From positions 1-39,057 of IMG/VR virus record IMGVR_UViG_3300029818_000005: a DNA stretch of 39,057 bases; one strand, given 5' to 3'. This DNA is from a virus. Position 1 is the first letter of the stretch, and each line of letters begins with the position of its first letter. The position numbers were made by a program, and so were the translations under genes. Below the pieces are notes generated by a model, which searched no databases, had not been told where the DNA came from, and was given only the letters and a program-made list of their open reading frames with translations. Positions 36,996 to 39,057 of the stretch are shown here, piece after piece.

Positions 36996-39057
36996 GTGGC
37001 GGCGAACTATGGTGATGTGCTCGCACAGTTGACTGGCGCCGGTCTGATCGTCGACAGCATCGAGGTGGGCCGGATGCGGCGATGCCGCGTCGAGGGTGAT
37101 CGCGAGCGTCGCGGATGGTACATCGCGCACGAAATTCAATCGCAGAAAGGCGAGACCCTGCTGGTCGGCAGCTACGGAATTTGGCACGGCAGCGACAATG
37201 GGGCGCAGAAAATCGAGTTGCGCAAATCGGAGTTCTCGGCAGAGCAGCGCGAGTCGATTCGCAAGCGGTTGGCTGAAGATCGCAAGCGCGCGGATGTCGC
37301 CAGGCGCATCGAGAGCGACCGCGCAGCTCGATCCGCACAATCGGCATGGTCGCGATACGCCCTCGATGGCGAATCGGAGTACCTGGCACGCAAGGGCGTC
37401 GGCGCGCACGGGGTGCGCTTCACCAGCGCTGGCGCGGTGGTTATCCCGCTGACGGATGTCGCGGGTGTTGTGCACGGCCTGCAATTCATCCGCACCGCAG
37501 CGCAGTCGGCCGCAGCCAAGCGCCCGCGCAAAGAGTTCTGGCCTGCCGGAATGGCCAAGCGCGGAAACTTCCACCTGATCGGTGTGCCAGACCAGGTGTT
37601 GCTGGTCGCCGAGGGCTACGCCACCGCCGCGACCCTGCACCAGGCCACCGGGCTACCGGTTGCCGTGGCGTTCGATGCGGGTAACCTCGCGCCGGTTTGC
37701 GCGGCGCTGCGCAAGCGCCACAAGATTATCAAGGTGTTGATCTGCGCCGATGACGACAGCCTGGCGAAATGCCGCCGGTGCGAGCACAAGTTGTCGCTCG
37801 CCGAGCACCCCACAATGTGCCCGTCATGTGGGCAGCCCCATGACCGATCCAACGCCGGTGTGTTGGCCGCCAGCACCGCCGCGTTGGAAGTCGGCGGGGC
37901 GTGGATCACACCGCAGTTTCCGGATACAGCAGCACGCTGGGCGAAGTTTGCCGAGCGCGACATCAAACTTACCGACTTCAATGACTTCGCGTCCGAGAGC
38001 ACCAGCGTCGCCGTGCGCGAGCAGGTGCTGGGCCACATCTCGGCGCTGGGGTGGAACATCAGTCACCGCGCAGCGCCTGCAATCAAACCAAGGGGCGAGG
38101 GGCTGGCGCCGATCAGCTCAGTTGGCGAGTTGCTGGAGCGTTACGCGCTGGTATACGGGCAGGGTGGGACCGTGTTCGATCGGCAAGAACACTGTCTGCT
38201 GGCGTTGTCTGACATGCGCGATGCCTGCCTCACGCGCGAGCTGCACCGCGCCTGGTGCGAACACCCTGAGCGCGACATCGTGCGCGTGCGTGAAGTCGGC
38301 TTTGATCCTGGTGGCGATGACGCCGAAATTAAATGCAATCTCTGGGCCGGCTGGCCCACCGCGCCGGCGGCCGGAGGGTGCGACAAACTGCTCGATCTTT
38401 TGCGCTACATGTGCGCAAACGATACCCACCCCGAGGTGCTCTATCGCTGGGTGTTGCGCTGGATCGCGTACCCCATCCAGCACCCGGGCGCAAAGATGAA
38501 GACCACGCTGGTGATTCATGGCCCGCAGGGCACCGGCAAGAATCTGTTCTTCGAAGCGCTCATGTCGATCTACGGCCCCTACGGCCGCGTCATCGGCCAA
38601 GACGCCATCGAAGACCGCTTTAACGACTGGGCGTCGCGCAAGCTGTTTCTGATTGCCGACGAAGTGATCGCGCGCAGCGACCTGTACCACGTCAAGAACA
38701 AGCTCAAGGCTTTCATCACCGGCGAATGGATACGCATCAACCCGAAGAACCTGGCGGCCTACGACGAACGCAACCACGTCAACATGGTGTTCTTGAGTAA
38801 CGAATCCATGCCGGTTGTGCTCGAAGAGGATGACCGGCGGCACGTCGTGATCTGGACACCCGAGAAACTCTCGCACGAGTACTACCGCGCGGTGCTCGAC
38901 GAGATCGCCAACGGTGGCGCCGCAGCGCTGCATGATTACCTGCTGCACCTTGATCTGGGCGAGTTTGGCAACGGGCAAGCCCCGCCGGTCACGTCAGCAA
39001 AATCCGAACTGATCAGCCTCTCGCTCGACAGCACCGCGCGGTTCTACTACGCGCTCA
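36996..39057 (+). CDS. Toprim primase fused to a D5/P4-alpha-type SF3 helicase (continues at 2..415; 792 aa in total)
   Basis: Toprim motifs LLVAEGYATAATL and VLICADDD. Zinc ribbon CRRCEHK...CPSCGQ. Walker A VIHGPQGTGKN; Walker B KLFLIADE. The frame is open to the window end, hence absent from the ORF track. Confidence 0.85.
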   Translation, partial: MAANYGDVLAQLTGAGLIVDSIEVGRMRRCRVEGDRERRGWYIAHEIQSQKGETLLVGSYGIWHGSDNGAQKIELRKSEFSAEQRESIRKRLAEDRKRADVARRIESDRAARSAQSAWSRYALDGESEYLARKGVGAHGVRFTSAGAVVIPLTDVAGVVHGLQFIRTAAQSAAAKRPRKEFWPAGMAKRGNFHLIGVPDQVLLVAEGYATAATLHQATGLPVAVAFDAGNLAPVCAALRKRHKIIKVLICADDDSLAKCRRCEHKLSLAEHPTMCPSCGQPHDRSNAGVLAASTAALEVGGAWITPQFPDTAARWAKFAERDIKLTDFNDFASESTSVAVREQVLGHISALGWNISHRAAPAIKPRGEGLAPISSVGELLERYALVYGQGGTVFDRQEHCLLALSDMRDACLTRELHRAWCEHPERDIVRVREVGFDPGGDDAEIKCNLWAGWPTAPAAGGCDKLLDLLRYMCANDTHPEVLYRWVLRWIAYPIQHPGAKMKTTLVIHGPQGTGKNLFFEALMSIYGPYGRVIGQDAIEDRFNDWASRKLFLIADEVIARSDLYHVKNKLKAFITGEWIRINPKNLAAYDERNHVNMVFLSNESMPVVLEEDDRRHVVIWTPEKLSHEYYRAVLDEIANGGAAALHDYLLHLDLGEFGNGQAPPVTSAKSELISLSLDSTARFYYAL
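38960..39057. repeat. Terminal overlap, identical to 1..98
   Basis: Same 98-nt string as the window start. Confidence 0.95.

Larger units (their letters stand above)
1..39057. mobile_element. Complete temperate phage genome, circularly closed (lambda-type packaging/head module plus P2/R-pyocin-type contractile tail)
   Basis: 98-nt identity between both window ends. Full set of packaging, head, tail, lysis, integration, immunity and replication genes. attP is internal and there are no host flanks. Confidence 0.85.

Noticed and set aside
36996-39057. Primase/helicase gene apparently truncated at the window end (possible pseudogene).
   Set aside because: The frame continues seamlessly at nt 2..415 once the 98-nt terminal overlap is collapsed, so the gene is intact.

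Overview
This high-GC window (about two-thirds G+C by eye) is a complete, circularly closed temperate phage genome. All family calls come from motif recognition in the translated ORFs; no database search was run.

Closure: nt 1-98 are identical to nt 38960-39057, so the unique length is 38,959 bp. The primase/helicase gene runs across the junction (36996..39057 continues as 2..415).

Gene order:
- Candidate origin with iteron arrays (433-665), a KilA-N protein, then lambda-type packaging and head genes: terS, GpA-family terL, gpW-like joining protein, portal, ClpP-protease/major-capsid fusion.
- A P2/R-pyocin-type contractile tail (V, FI, FII, E/E+E' with a TTTTTTG slip site, T, U, X, D, W, J, I, short fibre genes).
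- A six-gene lysis cassette.
- attP carrying the 3' 45 nt of a tRNA-Asn(GTT), flanked by arm-type repeats, then a tyrosine integrase.
- A leftward early operon: DUF1566-, YfdQ-, DUF4406- and HNH-like genes.
- An immunity region.
- A rightward early/replication operon: Cro-like, YdaS-like, CII-like, TraR-like, Toprim primase/D5-type helicase.

Most interesting region: the immunity region. Here hicAB and a tightly coupled minus-strand operon (repressor plus three unrecognised genes, 31390..32955) sit between PL and PR.
- PL and PR are operator-controlled promoters readable directly in the sequence, with four TTACC-N5-GGTAA sites.
- The three genes occupy the position rexAB holds in lambda. They encode a small protein, a 2-TM protein, and a 3-TM/coiled-coil protein with a WYL-like C-terminus.
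- A (V/I)HIG peptide motif recurs in the repressor, the small protein and the 2-TM protein.

Other signals:
- A roughly 50-bp dyad element in exactly two copies, at the starts of the head and baseplate operons.
- A 335-bp intragenomic duplication that gives the KilA-N protein the same C-terminal domain as the primase.
- Opposite-strand insert genes, one inside the tail module and two in the early operon.
- A sib-like minus-strand terminator across attP from int.
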